Part shown: piece by piece, positions 1-8,645 of the stretch
Numbering within the stretch: the stretch's first letter is position 1
Layout of the letters: every line of letters begins with the position of its first letter
Origin: a virus
Lineage: Duplodnaviria > Caudoviricetes
IMG/VR virus record: IMGVR_UViG_2595698524_000001
Span: 128,001-192,000 of that record
Strand: one strand, 5' to 3'
Length of the DNA: 64,000 bases
The notes under the pieces: model-generated
What the model saw: only the letters and a program-made list of their open reading frames with translations
What the model was told of the DNA's origin: nothing
The model's database searches: none
Position numbers and translations under genes: made by a program

Positions 1-831
1 GCGAACCAGCAAATTCTGGTTGCGGATAACCGTGGTGCAGGTTCGTCAACACTGTTGTACGGTGATGACAATATGGGTTACTTCGGTCAAGTGTTGGCAG
101 CGGACTTCCTGACCAACCTCGACATTGTGGCGGCGGCTATTACTACGGCTGGCCTGCCGTCTGCACTGGTGCAAGCACCATGGCATAAGTTCGTTCGCAA
201 AGGCAAAATCCTGTATATGCCGTCAGCGCCGTTTGGTCAGGTGACGTACAACGCGCTGTATGCAGCAGGATTGGTTTACGGTGTGAATGCCTCAGCACCG
301 CCGAATGCCTCAATCGGCGACCAGGCTGCGGTTAACCAGTATCGCCCTATTGAATTCAAAGGCCAGAAGTACATTCCTCGTTTGATGCGTGGTTTCAGTG
401 ATGGTCCGCAAAACGACTGGCAGGGGTGGAACTGGGCACAGGACAGCATTCCTGACAACATCAACCCTATTGGTACTGTCAACGAGTTCAACGACCTGTT
501 CTTCAGTACGCTGAGTTTCGTTCCGGAATGCCAACGCACTGAAAACTACGCTGAAGGCGATATTGCGACTTACGTAGGTTATGCCGGTTCAAGTTATGAC
601 GACGTTAACGTATATCACCGTCCTAGCCGCATTATCTGCCAGGAGCGTAATACTGCAAACGTTAATGTGTTGGCTCGTGCACGACGCAGTTGGAACTACG
701 GAAGTAACTCTGTTGGCTACAACAAAAACTATTTGCAGTTTATGTCTCCGCAATCGCCAACTCAGTCGTCAACGTGGGTGCCGGTGCTTGAACTTGAACC
801 ACAAACCGCAACTGTCGCACTGAAGGGGTAA
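1..831 (+). CDS. Virion structural protein, jumbo-phage paralog family (5' partial)
   Basis: Frame is open from base 1 (ANQQILVADNRGAG...). Shares WHKFVRKGKILYMP / YAAGLVYG / PVLEL motifs with the next ORF. Confidence 0.6.
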   Translation, partial: ANQQILVADNRGAGSSTLLYGDDNMGYFGQVLAADFLTNLDIVAAAITTAGLPSALVQAPWHKFVRKGKILYMPSAPFGQVTYNALYAAGLVYGVNASAPPNASIGDQAAVNQYRPIEFKGQKYIPRLMRGFSDGPQNDWQGWNWAQDSIPDNINPIGTVNEFNDLFFSTLSFVPECQRTENYAEGDIATYVGYAGSSYDDVNVYHRPSRIICQERNTANVNVLARARRSWNYGSNSVGYNKNYLQFMSPQSPTQSSTWVPVLELEPQTATVALKG

Positions 832-834
832 TCC

Positions 835-1722
835 ATGGGTGTTAAATTAAATTGGGATGACCAGTCAGACCAGGGTCTTGATAAAATCGAGATATATCGC
901 GCTGCCGCAAAAGCCGATACGCAGAAACCGGAGAATCTCCTGACCACTCTCTCAGGTTCAGCGACCAGTTACGAAGACATGACGGTCAAAAACAAAAACC
1001 TCTACTACTACCGTATTGCCGCTGTTAAAGGTGACGAGTACGCGTGGGGTGAACCGCAGTTAGCGGGGTATTTCTCAGAAACTGGGCCGGGTCGTGCGGT
1101 ACCGATACGCGGCGACTGGAATGCGGGCTTCATGGACCGTATCCCTGTGGCTAACTTTATTACCGGGCCTGACCTGCGTACCAAGGTTCCGGAAATGAAC
1201 AGCATGGGTGGTCTCTGGAACCCGAACAACTGGTACAAACTCGTCCATAAAGGCAAGATTATTTTCATGCCTGACTCTAACCTTGTGTCCGCCTCGTGGA
1301 ATGAACTGTACGCTGCGGGACTGGTGTTTGGCGTAGACGGGTTTGGACAACTGCCTACAGGTGTCGCGGGATCGAAAAACCAGAAGTATGTGATTAATAT
1401 CAACGGTCTGGAATATATCGTTCGTCTTCCTCGCCTGTCACCGTTACCGACCACGCAGTATATCACCACCACCGACCAACTGGTTGGGAGTGAGTGGAAA
1501 GACTGTATCAGTCGTCTGGTGTCTGCCAGCACTAACAATGATGCGACTGCGCGCACCCGCCTTTACGACCAATCAACCTCGTGGCCATCAGGTGGTCCGC
1601 ATCTTGCGAATGCGACACAGTGCGCTGTTGTGGTTGCGGCTAATAGCGAGAAAATCGGCACTCCGGTTAATATCGGTACCCGAATGACGACGCCGCTCGT
1701 GCTTGAGTTGATTATGCCGTAA
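835..1722 (+). CDS. Virion structural protein with N-terminal FN3-like beta-sandwich, paralog of upstream gene
   Basis: LNW...IEIYR...TSYED...YYYRIAAV is FN3-like. WYKLVHKGKIIFMP, YAAGLVFG and PLVLEL are shared with 1..831. Confidence 0.65.
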   Translation: MGVKLNWDDQSDQGLDKIEIYRAAAKADTQKPENLLTTLSGSATSYEDMTVKNKNLYYYRIAAVKGDEYAWGEPQLAGYFSETGPGRAVPIRGDWNAGFMDRIPVANFITGPDLRTKVPEMNSMGGLWNPNNWYKLVHKGKIIFMPDSNLVSASWNELYAAGLVFGVDGFGQLPTGVAGSKNQKYVININGLEYIVRLPRLSPLPTTQYITTTDQLVGSEWKDCISRLVSASTNNDATARTRLYDQSTSWPSGGPHLANATQCAVVVAANSEKIGTPVNIGTRMTTPLVLELIMP

Positions 1723-1734
1723 AAAGAAAAAAAG

Positions 1735-1762
1735 AACTACTCTCCCCAACGGGAGAGTAGTT
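1735..1762. terminator. Bidirectional intrinsic terminator
   Basis: AACTACTCTCCC-caac-GGGAGAGTAGTT stem with an A-tract before and T-tract after, between convergent genes. Confidence 0.85.
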
Positions 1763-1775
1763 ACTTTATTTTTTT

Positions 1776-2318
1776 TTACACGACAGCTGACCCCACTACT
1801 CCTTTAAAGCCGTCGAGCTCACCGTCGGTTGTGCTGAGGTCGGTTTTAACGATCTCCTGCGTAACCATATACGTTGCCAGTACACCCGGAAGGTATTTGA
1901 TGTTGCCATCTTTGACGCTGACAGTGATAACCTTCACACCGTCTTCACCGTCAGTGCGGTCGATAGTCAGCTCGCTCAGCGCAAACGCATCTTGCGTTCT
2001 ATCGGCGGCTATGACTTCGGCGTTAACGAATGCCAATACCTCTTCGTCGGTGTCCCAGTCTGCCAGGTCATCCGTTACTGGTTTATCGACAACGAAAGTG
2101 GGGGCCAGACGGGTGTAGTGCAGTTCTAGCGCACCGGTGAAGTGGACACTTTCTGCTTTCGCGGTGATGGTCAGTTTGCTGTTACGGCCAGCACTGCCAC
2201 CTTCCAGAGTTGCAACTGCACCAAAGTCAACATCAGCAACAGTCAATGCCTGCGCCAGAGAAGAGTTTTTAGTGTTAAACAGTGCAACCAACTGCTCTTT
2301 AAAAGATTTAATTGCCAT
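1776..2318 (-). CDS. Hypothetical protein, probably virion-associated
   Basis: 180-aa acidic ORF with GAGGG RBS, located in the structural region. Confidence 0.6.
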   Translation of the reverse strand: MAIKSFKEQLVALFNTKNSSLAQALTVADVDFGAVATLEGGSAGRNSKLTITAKAESVHFTGALELHYTRLAPTFVVDKPVTDDLADWDTDEEVLAFVNAEVIAADRTQDAFALSELTIDRTDGEDGVKVITVSVKDGNIKYLPGVLATYMVTQEIVKTDLSTTDGELDGFKGVVGSAVV

Positions 2319-2377
2319 GATGCAAATCCCTCAGTTAACTGGTGGGTTGACGTACCTCGTCATAAGAAATTAAAGAA

Positions 2378-2403
2378 CCGCTATCCCCGTAAAGAGATAG
2401 CGG
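2378..2403 (-). terminator. Putative intrinsic terminator
   Basis: CCGCTATC...GATAGCGG stem followed by TTCTTT on the minus strand, after the peptidase gene. Confidence 0.5.
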
Positions 2404-2408
2404 CGCGA

Positions 2409-2933
2409 CTACAGGTGCTGAACCAATTTATTCCACTCAATCGGCTTCTGCTTAATCACCGTAACCACCCCACGGGTGGGCGACCACACAGTTAAGTCCG
2501 GCTGATTACGCACATCGAAATGGAACCAACTGATGTCGGTTTCAAGGAAGTGAATGAACGGGAACTCATTCGGGTTTTGTTGGATATACGCACGAACAGC
2601 TTGCGGGGTATAGTGCTGGAAGGTTAAGTCCATCGCACCGCCGTATTTGTGCATGCTGTCAGAGCTCGCGTAAAGCTCCAGGGCGCGTTCACGGTAATTG
2701 CCGCCCTTCGGTTGCTCTTGATTGATAAAGAACTGTAGCGTGCGTAAGGAGCGCTGTGTCATGCCTTTAGAAGGCGAGTTCACAATAATCGGTCCGAACT
2801 TGTTACGTAATTGCTGTAACGTAACCATTACCAGTGGGTTGATAATGTACGCAGCGTTAGCACCACGACGTTTAATGACATCGGGCGGCATCAGCTCTTC
2901 GAGTTTAAACTGGTTGGGGTTTGGCTGAAACAT
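2409..2933 (-). CDS. Peptidase M15-type (Hedgehog/DD-peptidase fold) Zn peptidase, putative peptidoglycan hydrolase
   Basis: SMHKYGGAMDL (SxHxxGxAxD) and WFHFDVR Zn-ligand motifs. Start moved to ATG 2933 (CAGGAG RBS). Confidence 0.75.
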   Translation of the reverse strand: MFQPNPNQFKLEELMPPDVIKRRGANAAYIINPLVMVTLQQLRNKFGPIIVNSPSKGMTQRSLRTLQFFINQEQPKGGNYRERALELYASSDSMHKYGGAMDLTFQHYTPQAVRAYIQQNPNEFPFIHFLETDISWFHFDVRNQPDLTVWSPTRGVVTVIKQKPIEWNKLVQHL

Positions 2934-3597
2934 TCGTCTCTCCTGCGACTGGAATCGGGTACGTGAGGAACGCACGTTTAATGTTTAGGTAATGCACGTG
3001 AGCTTGCTGGTTGGTACGCACCATGGTCATATCTTGCGCGGGGATACCAACTGTTGGGAACTCACGAACAAACTCGTAATTGGCGTTCATGTTAAACGTG
3101 TACGCATTCGGCTTAAAGTAAATACATCCTTTGTTGTCATCAATAAACGACGTCAACCCAAAATGCTTTACTGCCAAATAAAAGGACTGTCGCGTAATCC
3201 AGTTCACGCCTAGTGCTTTCATGGCATACAAGAACATCCGGTCAGCAAAGTTCTTGTCAATCATGGCGTTCAATTTACCCGCCCCGTCGTTGTGGTAGTA
3301 ACCAATGATAGGGATTTTCTGATACAGCAAATCGTGCAACGCGGCAGCCGGGCCGTAATCACCTTCCGGTTTAAACAGAAACTGTAGCTGTGTGGGAATA
3401 GACGCTAAATCGGTTACAAACCCTTTCGGGGCAACCAAATATAAAGGCTTGTCGGCGCTCAGACCGGTTTCCTTTAAAATGACCTCGAGACGTGTCGGGT
3501 CGTCCTCATACAGACCAGCCAATGTAAAACCGAAGGTGTAGTCTTTCGTTAAGATAAACCACTGCTTATCCAAACGACAATACTCAAACTTGTCCAT
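2905..3597 (-). CDS. DUF1353-family protein
   Basis: APKGFVTDLASIP, AAALHDLLY and ADRMFLYAM are typical of the family. Start MDKFEY has an AAGGA RBS. Confidence 0.75.
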   Translation of the reverse strand: MDKFEYCRLDKQWFILTKDYTFGFTLAGLYEDDPTRLEVILKETGLSADKPLYLVAPKGFVTDLASIPTQLQFLFKPEGDYGPAAALHDLLYQKIPIIGYYHNDGAGKLNAMIDKNFADRMFLYAMKALGVNWITRQSFYLAVKHFGLTSFIDDNKGCIYFKPNAYTFNMNANYEFVREFPTVGIPAQDMTMVRTNQQAHVHYLNIKRAFLTYPIPVAGETNVSAKPQPV

Positions 3598-3645
3598 TAT
3601 GGTTATCCTTCGATTATTAAGGGGGGTCATAAAAAAAGAACAAAG

Positions 3646-3665
3646 GTGTGCCCCGAAGGGCACAC
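3646..3665 (-). terminator. Intrinsic terminator closing the radical SAM/peptide cluster
   Basis: GTGTGCCC-cgaa-GGGCACAC (UUCG loop on the minus strand) followed by a T-rich tract on the minus strand. Confidence 0.8.
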
Positions 3666-3668
3666 ACT

Positions 3669-4325
3669 TTACAGCTCAGTTACAAACGTTGCTTTTAAAC
3701 CTTTGAGAGCGGTGTAGTCTCCGTTCTCAGCAGCAATCCGCGCAGTCTGTTTAAAGTCCGTCAGCTTTTCATGCAATGCGTTGGTGCGTGCAACGATAGC
3801 TTCATTCAACGCTTTCAATTCATCCAGCGTGAAATCGAACTTCGCGTTGTTAGCATCCACCCAGTAACCCGGGCTTTGTTCAGTGCTCAGGTAACGCTGA
3901 ATAGCTGCCAGCGCCTTTTCGTCAGTTTGGTAATTGCGCCCTTTAAACTCAAGAGGAGCAACCACCGCTTCACTGTACGCCTGATTTACCCAGCTGATTA
4001 ACTCAGTCAGTAAGCCATAGCACTTGCCGCGCGTAGAAGAACGCTCTGCCTTATGCTCGGCCAAATCAACGCCCAGCACTTCAGAGACGAACTTGTGCGC
4101 CGCTTTAATGGTGAACTTCACTTCTAACGGAGAAAGACCCTGAGTTGTCAAACCTGCGCTTAACTCTTCATCAGTCATCCCGTCCAGCAGGCGGTAGTGT
4201 GCCAGGCGCGCGAGCGTAGGGTTCCACGTCGCATCACTCAGTTCACCATCGACAAACTGTCCATGACGGTCCACCAGTTTACCGCTGTTATAGAAGCGGT
4301 CCTTTATTTCGCTATTACTAAGCAT
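3669..4325 (-). CDS. DUF4376-like protein (tail-fibre-associated family)
   Basis: C-terminal FKGRNYQTDEKA...YWVDANN...FTLDELKALNEAI...H pattern. Confidence 0.65.
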   Translation of the reverse strand: MLSNSEIKDRFYNSGKLVDRHGQFVDGELSDATWNPTLARLAHYRLLDGMTDEELSAGLTTQGLSPLEVKFTIKAAHKFVSEVLGVDLAEHKAERSSTRGKCYGLLTELISWVNQAYSEAVVAPLEFKGRNYQTDEKALAAIQRYLSTEQSPGYWVDANNAKFDFTLDELKALNEAIVARTNALHEKLTDFKQTARIAAENGDYTALKGLKATFVTEL

Positions 4326-4867
4326 TCAGTTTTCCCCACGATGCCAATGTCTCTCAGCAGACCGTAGTCGAGGAATTGGTAGTCCCGGGCCAAGTCATAC
4401 TGCCAGACAAGATTGTTAACCTTTTTGTCGTCTGGGGTTTCAGTGGCCTCATTGAAGACACCAACCAAATCCCAGCACTCGAAATAGTTACACTGTTCCT
4501 GAGCATGACGAACAATCTTAATTTTGTTGTTCGGGAACGACTGCGCCAGAGCCACCAGAGAACCGATGCCCTTACCGTGTTTGGTACGATAAAGGATGGT
4601 CATCTTGGTCGCAGGCGTATCGAGGATACGCTGCTCCAGACCGGTGTTGCGCAGCTCAGCGTTAGCCAGTGAGTTATGGCCTTCTTCCACGCAGTCCAGC
4701 TCAACCATCACGTTCAGAGAATGACGGATCACCAGCTTCTTCACTGTTTCCGTGTAGTTCTCTGCTTTACACAGCAAAGACACGTCAAACAGTTTGTGCT
4801 TAGACAGGAACGCGTCAAGCAGCGTGGTATCAAGCCTCGTAAAATTGTGAATTAGCAATGACTTCAT
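4304..4867 (-). CDS. Hypothetical protein in radical SAM cluster
   Basis: 187-aa ORF overlapping both neighbours; CAGGA RBS. Confidence 0.65.
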   Translation of the reverse strand: MKSLLIHNFTRLDTTLLDAFLSKHKLFDVSLLCKAENYTETVKKLVIRHSLNVMVELDCVEEGHNSLANAELRNTGLEQRILDTPATKMTILYRTKHGKGIGSLVALAQSFPNNKIKIVRHAQEQCNYFECWDLVGVFNEATETPDDKKVNNLVWQYDLARDYQFLDYGLLRDIGIVGKTECLVIAK

Positions 4868-6188
4868 TGGTCTTTTCCTGAGATTTGTGTGCGTGAGGTT
4901 GTTCGTGCGTTACTGGTTCTGCAATTGCAGGCTTGGCCAGCTTAGGCAGTTTGTTTTCCTGCGAGGCGCGAACACGGCAGTCATAGCAGTTACAGGTCAG
5001 CTCTTTGAACTGATTACCGTAAGAACCAAAACGACGTTCCCACCACTGTGCAGTTAACAGTTTAGCCGTAGTCCAACCGCACTGACGACGTTCGCCGTGA
5101 TACTGCTTACGTGCTTCTTCTTCACCGTCGCCATTTTCATACGCGGCAGCTACGCAAGATGCACAGATGTGTTTCGCTGGGCAGCCCATACAAGCGTCTG
5201 GGTAAGACTTCCACTGAGTCTTAACTTCTTCCAGCAGTTTGCCGCCGTCGGTGTTAACGATTTCACGACCAACAAGCTTAGCAATTGCCTGACGGGTGGT
5301 TACCGTAGACATGAAGCGGTTACAGCCGTAGATGTTACGGTCGAAGCCGAGACAGGTCATGTGAACGGTCGTACCGCAGTGTGGGCGCAGACGGTCTGGG
5401 TTATAACGTACCTGATCGTCGTGCAACAGTTTTTCACGCCAGTCTGGGTTCCACAGGTCATCGACGTTCATACCGTTTGGAGTGATGTGCCCCATTTCAG
5501 CAGTCGGGTCTAAGTGCAGCCCTTTACCAATCCAGTATTCCAACACTTCAATCATCTGGTTAGAAATACCCAGCGCCATGTCACGAGGAATGATATCTTC
5601 AAATACCATGTTCCCGTAGATGGTACCACCGCCCGATTGGTCGATTAACGACTTCATGGATGCAGCGTAATGCTTGAGCGTGTCGTGGGTAAAGGTCGCT
5701 TTGATACCGAGGTCGTTAATCTTCATCGACTTCAGATAGTGATACCCTTCCAGCGCTTTCTCGTACGAGCCTTTGCGCGAGGTAGTGAAGATACGGTGTT
5801 TGTCATGCGTCTCCGGCAGACCATCAATCGATACGCCGATAGAGAGACGCTTATACCAGCGCTCGATAATAGAACGGTTCAGCGGCTTATCAAACAGCGT
5901 GCCGTTGGTGGAGATAGAGAACATGTACGGGCGGTTATCCCGCGCCGCCAGCTCTTCTGCAGTTTCGAACGCTGCAATCAGCAGCTTCGGCTGCAGGAAC
6001 GGCTCACCACCGATGATATCGATGATAGCACCATCCACACCCGGCTTACCTTTATCGCGGTCAAAGCAGGCATGGATAAAGTCAACCACGTCTTCAACGC
6101 GGTTGTTACGCGGGAACTTGCGCTCGTAGCAGTAATCGCAATCGAGGTTGCAAGACAGGTTGGTAACTATTTGGTACGTTACGTCCAT
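4830..6188 (-). CDS. Radical SAM/SPASM-domain peptide maturase
   Basis: CNLDCDYC (CxxxCxxC), GGEP, STNG, SIDG motifs. SPASM cysteines HCG...IYGCNRF...CMGCPAKHICASC...RQC. Confidence 0.9.
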   Translation of the reverse strand: MDVTYQIVTNLSCNLDCDYCYERKFPRNNRVEDVVDFIHACFDRDKGKPGVDGAIIDIIGGEPFLQPKLLIAAFETAEELAARDNRPYMFSISTNGTLFDKPLNRSIIERWYKRLSIGVSIDGLPETHDKHRIFTTSRKGSYEKALEGYHYLKSMKINDLGIKATFTHDTLKHYAASMKSLIDQSGGGTIYGNMVFEDIIPRDMALGISNQMIEVLEYWIGKGLHLDPTAEMGHITPNGMNVDDLWNPDWREKLLHDDQVRYNPDRLRPHCGTTVHMTCLGFDRNIYGCNRFMSTVTTRQAIAKLVGREIVNTDGGKLLEEVKTQWKSYPDACMGCPAKHICASCVAAAYENGDGEEEARKQYHGERRQCGWTTAKLLTAQWWERRFGSYGNQFKELTCNCYDCRVRASQENKLPKLAKPAIAEPVTHEQPHAHKSQEKTNEVIANSQFYEA

Positions 6189-6198
6189 AATGGCCGCC

Positions 6199-7074
6199 TT
6201 ATGCTTGTGGCAAATTCAGGTAGTTATGCAGATACTTGTAAGCATCCACGCCGATGATAGAGGCTATTTTATTACAGCCTGAGTCCACTAACCATTCCGT
6301 GTTCTCACGCAGCCCAATATCCCCATTCGGTTCAACCATCTTCAGCTGACCACATGCGTTACAGTTCATGTTATCGAAGAACTTCTCTAAACGCAGTACC
6401 GTCGAGTAACCGTTCGCCGCGTTCATCTCAAACATCTGGGCTTCGAGCCGTTTCCATCCGTAGATGAAGTTCAGCACGTGGTCCTGATTGAGAGGTTTCG
6501 GCATTAACTTGTCGAACGTCAGCGATAACGCCGCCAAGTTAAGATGATGCAGAGAACTGTGCAGTTGAAGGATGTCTTCGTACCAGCGAGGTTTACTCAC
6601 CATCTCACGCGTCAATACGCCCCACACAGTAACCTTTTCCAGCTCATTGATTACTTCAAAAGCCTCTTGAGCACCTTCGTCAATGAATGCACGCAGGCTA
6701 CGCTCACCACCTTCGTACGCATCGATAGACACGACGATATGGTCAAACGTTTTCAAGAACTCAAGTTGCGACAACTTGAGTTTACGACCGTTGGTGAATA
6801 GCAGGTGTTTTGCGGAAGGAGCGCCACGCCGTGCTTCTTCAACGAAGTCAACCAACTTCGAATAGGAGAGCAGCGGTTCGCCACCAGTCCACAGGAATTC
6901 CTCTACCAGAGGATTTTCTTTTATAATGTCCACCATTGCCTCTTTATGTTTTGTTTTAGAGACATCGCCCTTAGCCATGTGAGCTGCCCCTCCACAGAAG
7001 GAGCAGTTTAAGTTACACTTAGCCGTTATTGCAACGTCAATCATCGTTGCGGATGATTTAGGGGTATCGTGCAT
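6199..7074 (-). CDS. Second radical SAM protein with short Twitch-like Cys tail
   Basis: CNLNCSFC, TGGEPLL, FTNG, SIDA motifs. C-terminal CNACG...EPNGDI...GC. Confidence 0.85.
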   Translation of the reverse strand: MHDTPKSSATMIDVAITAKCNLNCSFCGGAAHMAKGDVSKTKHKEAMVDIIKENPLVEEFLWTGGEPLLSYSKLVDFVEEARRGAPSAKHLLFTNGRKLKLSQLEFLKTFDHIVVSIDAYEGGERSLRAFIDEGAQEAFEVINELEKVTVWGVLTREMVSKPRWYEDILQLHSSLHHLNLAALSLTFDKLMPKPLNQDHVLNFIYGWKRLEAQMFEMNAANGYSTVLRLEKFFDNMNCNACGQLKMVEPNGDIGLRENTEWLVDSGCNKIASIIGVDAYKYLHNYLNLPQA

Positions 7075-7999
7075 CCGGATTTTTTCCCCATTGCTTGCTC
7101 ATAAACGAGAAGAGCGGGTCATCTTTACGAACATCTTCGCCGGGAACAATGAGTTTCGGGTCATTATACGCCTGCAGGATGGCGTCTAAGATTTTATTCC
7201 GGCTATTGATTCCGTTAAGTTCTTTCAAACTTACTTCACGGCGGATGAACGAGTCCATTACATGCTGCTCTTCGTCCGAAAGGAGACCGGCCTCGTTGAC
7301 TTTACCCACCAAGAAGGTCATTACTCGGTGCAAGTCAGCTGTGGTATTCGGTTGCTCCCCGTACTCGCTTTGAATCAGGTAGTTCGTCCACGGTTTGCGC
7401 AGTCGCTTGGTAATCTCGTGTGCATCCGTAATCGCTTCCCATCTCATACTACGATGGTTCCACGTAATTTTATACGAATACGCCATGAGGTCAGCCAGCG
7501 TATCGATGCCGAGTTCTTCGTAACCATCGACCGCATAGTAGCGTTCGGTATTGAAGTAATCGTCATCTGGCACTTCATCGCAGTCAACAACGGTGTAGTA
7601 GAACGGGAAGGCTGATGGGTATTCCCAGTTCCAGCCGCGTTGAATCATCGGCTTCATGTTGTTTTCTTTAAACGATGCAAACAGCAGCTCCAGCGGTGGA
7701 GCGTAGTTAAGTACCGCATCGGTAAAGTAGTATTTGTCGTTCACTAATTTACCGACGTAGTCTGTCGTCGCACCGGTACACTTGATGATTTTCACATTCA
7801 GTGTGTCAGAGATGTTGAACTCTTCCAGTACCGTTGACTTATACAGAATGTCGCGAGGACGCAGACGTGGGAACTCAACCGGGTTCATTGCCAGCAAACG
7901 CAGACGGTCATTGACGTGGTCATTAACCGCGTCAGGTAGCCCGATGTGAATCGGGTAGTTGAATGTAGTTCGGAATGCGTAATGCGCATTACTCTTCAT
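7058..7999 (-). CDS. Hypothetical protein in radical SAM/peptide cluster
   Basis: 313-aa ORF with AAGGAG RBS, lying between the peptide genes and the rSAM genes. Confidence 0.75.
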   Translation of the reverse strand: MKSNAHYAFRTTFNYPIHIGLPDAVNDHVNDRLRLLAMNPVEFPRLRPRDILYKSTVLEEFNISDTLNVKIIKCTGATTDYVGKLVNDKYYFTDAVLNYAPPLELLFASFKENNMKPMIQRGWNWEYPSAFPFYYTVVDCDEVPDDDYFNTERYYAVDGYEELGIDTLADLMAYSYKITWNHRSMRWEAITDAHEITKRLRKPWTNYLIQSEYGEQPNTTADLHRVMTFLVGKVNEAGLLSDEEQHVMDSFIRREVSLKELNGINSRNKILDAILQAYNDPKLIVPGEDVRKDDPLFSFMSKQWGKNPDARYP

Positions 8000-8010
8000 G
8001 AAAGAACTCC

Positions 8011-8220
8011 TTACGAAGGCCAGGTCACAGCTTTCGCGCCACCTGAAGACGTCCAGCTACAACTACCATTACAACGATAGCTGCCTGCTGCAATATTGTT
8101 TAAACGATTGGAGTTATTAACGGTACCGCGGGTAGCAATGTAGTTAATCGCACTAGCGGTGGTGATATAACCCTCAATCCTCGCGAGTTGCTGTCCAACC
8201 TCGTTTAATGAAACAGCCAT
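8011..8220 (-). CDS. Short precursor-like peptide (MAVSLN leader, CNGSCSW core)
   Basis: GGGAGG RBS. Paralog of the two upstream Cys-rich peptides with only 2 Cys. Confidence 0.8.
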   Translation of the reverse strand: MAVSLNEVGQQLARIEGYITTASAINYIATRGTVNNSNRLNNIAAGSYRCNGSCSWTSSGGAKAVTWPS

Positions 8221-8232
8221 GTGACCTCCCTA

Positions 8233-8634
8233 CTACGGTCCAGAACAGCCGGAACAACCCCCAGAACATGACCCGGAACAGTTACCAGAGCATCTGCCTG
8301 AACACGTACCAGTACACGTACCAGAACACGTACCAGAACACGTGCCTGTGCAACCACCGGAACAACCACCCGCGCAACCACCTGAACAGCTCGACGAACA
8401 GCTAGAGCCACAGGTTGCACTACAGGTTCCGGTACAGCCGCCAGAACAGCCTGCGGAGCAAGTCCAGCTACACGTACCTCCGCAGTGGTAATAGTTCGCG
8501 TCATGACCTGCTAAGCGGTCTACGTTATTGGTAGTCTTGCCCGCAATGTACGATTGGACACCGGCTTCGGTTTTCAGAGCAGCGGCTTCAATGTTGTCCA
8601 GTTGGCCTTTTACAGCGTTTAATGAGACTGCCAT
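8233..8634 (-). CDS. Cys-rich CxxX-repeat precursor-like peptide (133 aa, 21 Cys)
   Basis: Likely start is MAVSLN at 8634 (GAGGGG RBS). 50-aa leader followed by repeats such as CSGG, CTGT, CSGT. Confidence 0.85.
   Translation of the reverse strand: MAVSLNAVKGQLDNIEAAALKTEAGVQSYIAGKTTNNVDRLAGHDANYYHCGGTCSWTCSAGCSGGCTGTCSATCGSSCSSSCSGGCAGGCSGGCTGTCSGTCSGTCTGTCSGRCSGNCSGSCSGGCSGCSGP
8302..8343. repeat. 12-bp tandem repeat (ACACGTACCAGW) encoding C(S/T)GT units
   Basis: About three and a half near-identical copies are directly visible. Confidence 0.7.
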
Positions 8635-8645
8635 GGTAATCCCCT

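Noticed and set aside
4830-7074. rSAMs as anaerobic RNR activase, QueE/7-deazaguanine or MoaA enzymes
   Set aside because: No nrdD, que or moa genes are nearby; SPASM cysteines and adjacent Cys-rich peptides favour peptide maturases.
8205-8504. Alternative-frame Val/Ala/Arg-rich ORF (VLVR repeats) and plus-strand ORFs over the peptide genes
   Set aside because: Shadow frames of the repeat; they lack an RBS, whereas the MAVSLN frames have strong RBSs and paralogy.
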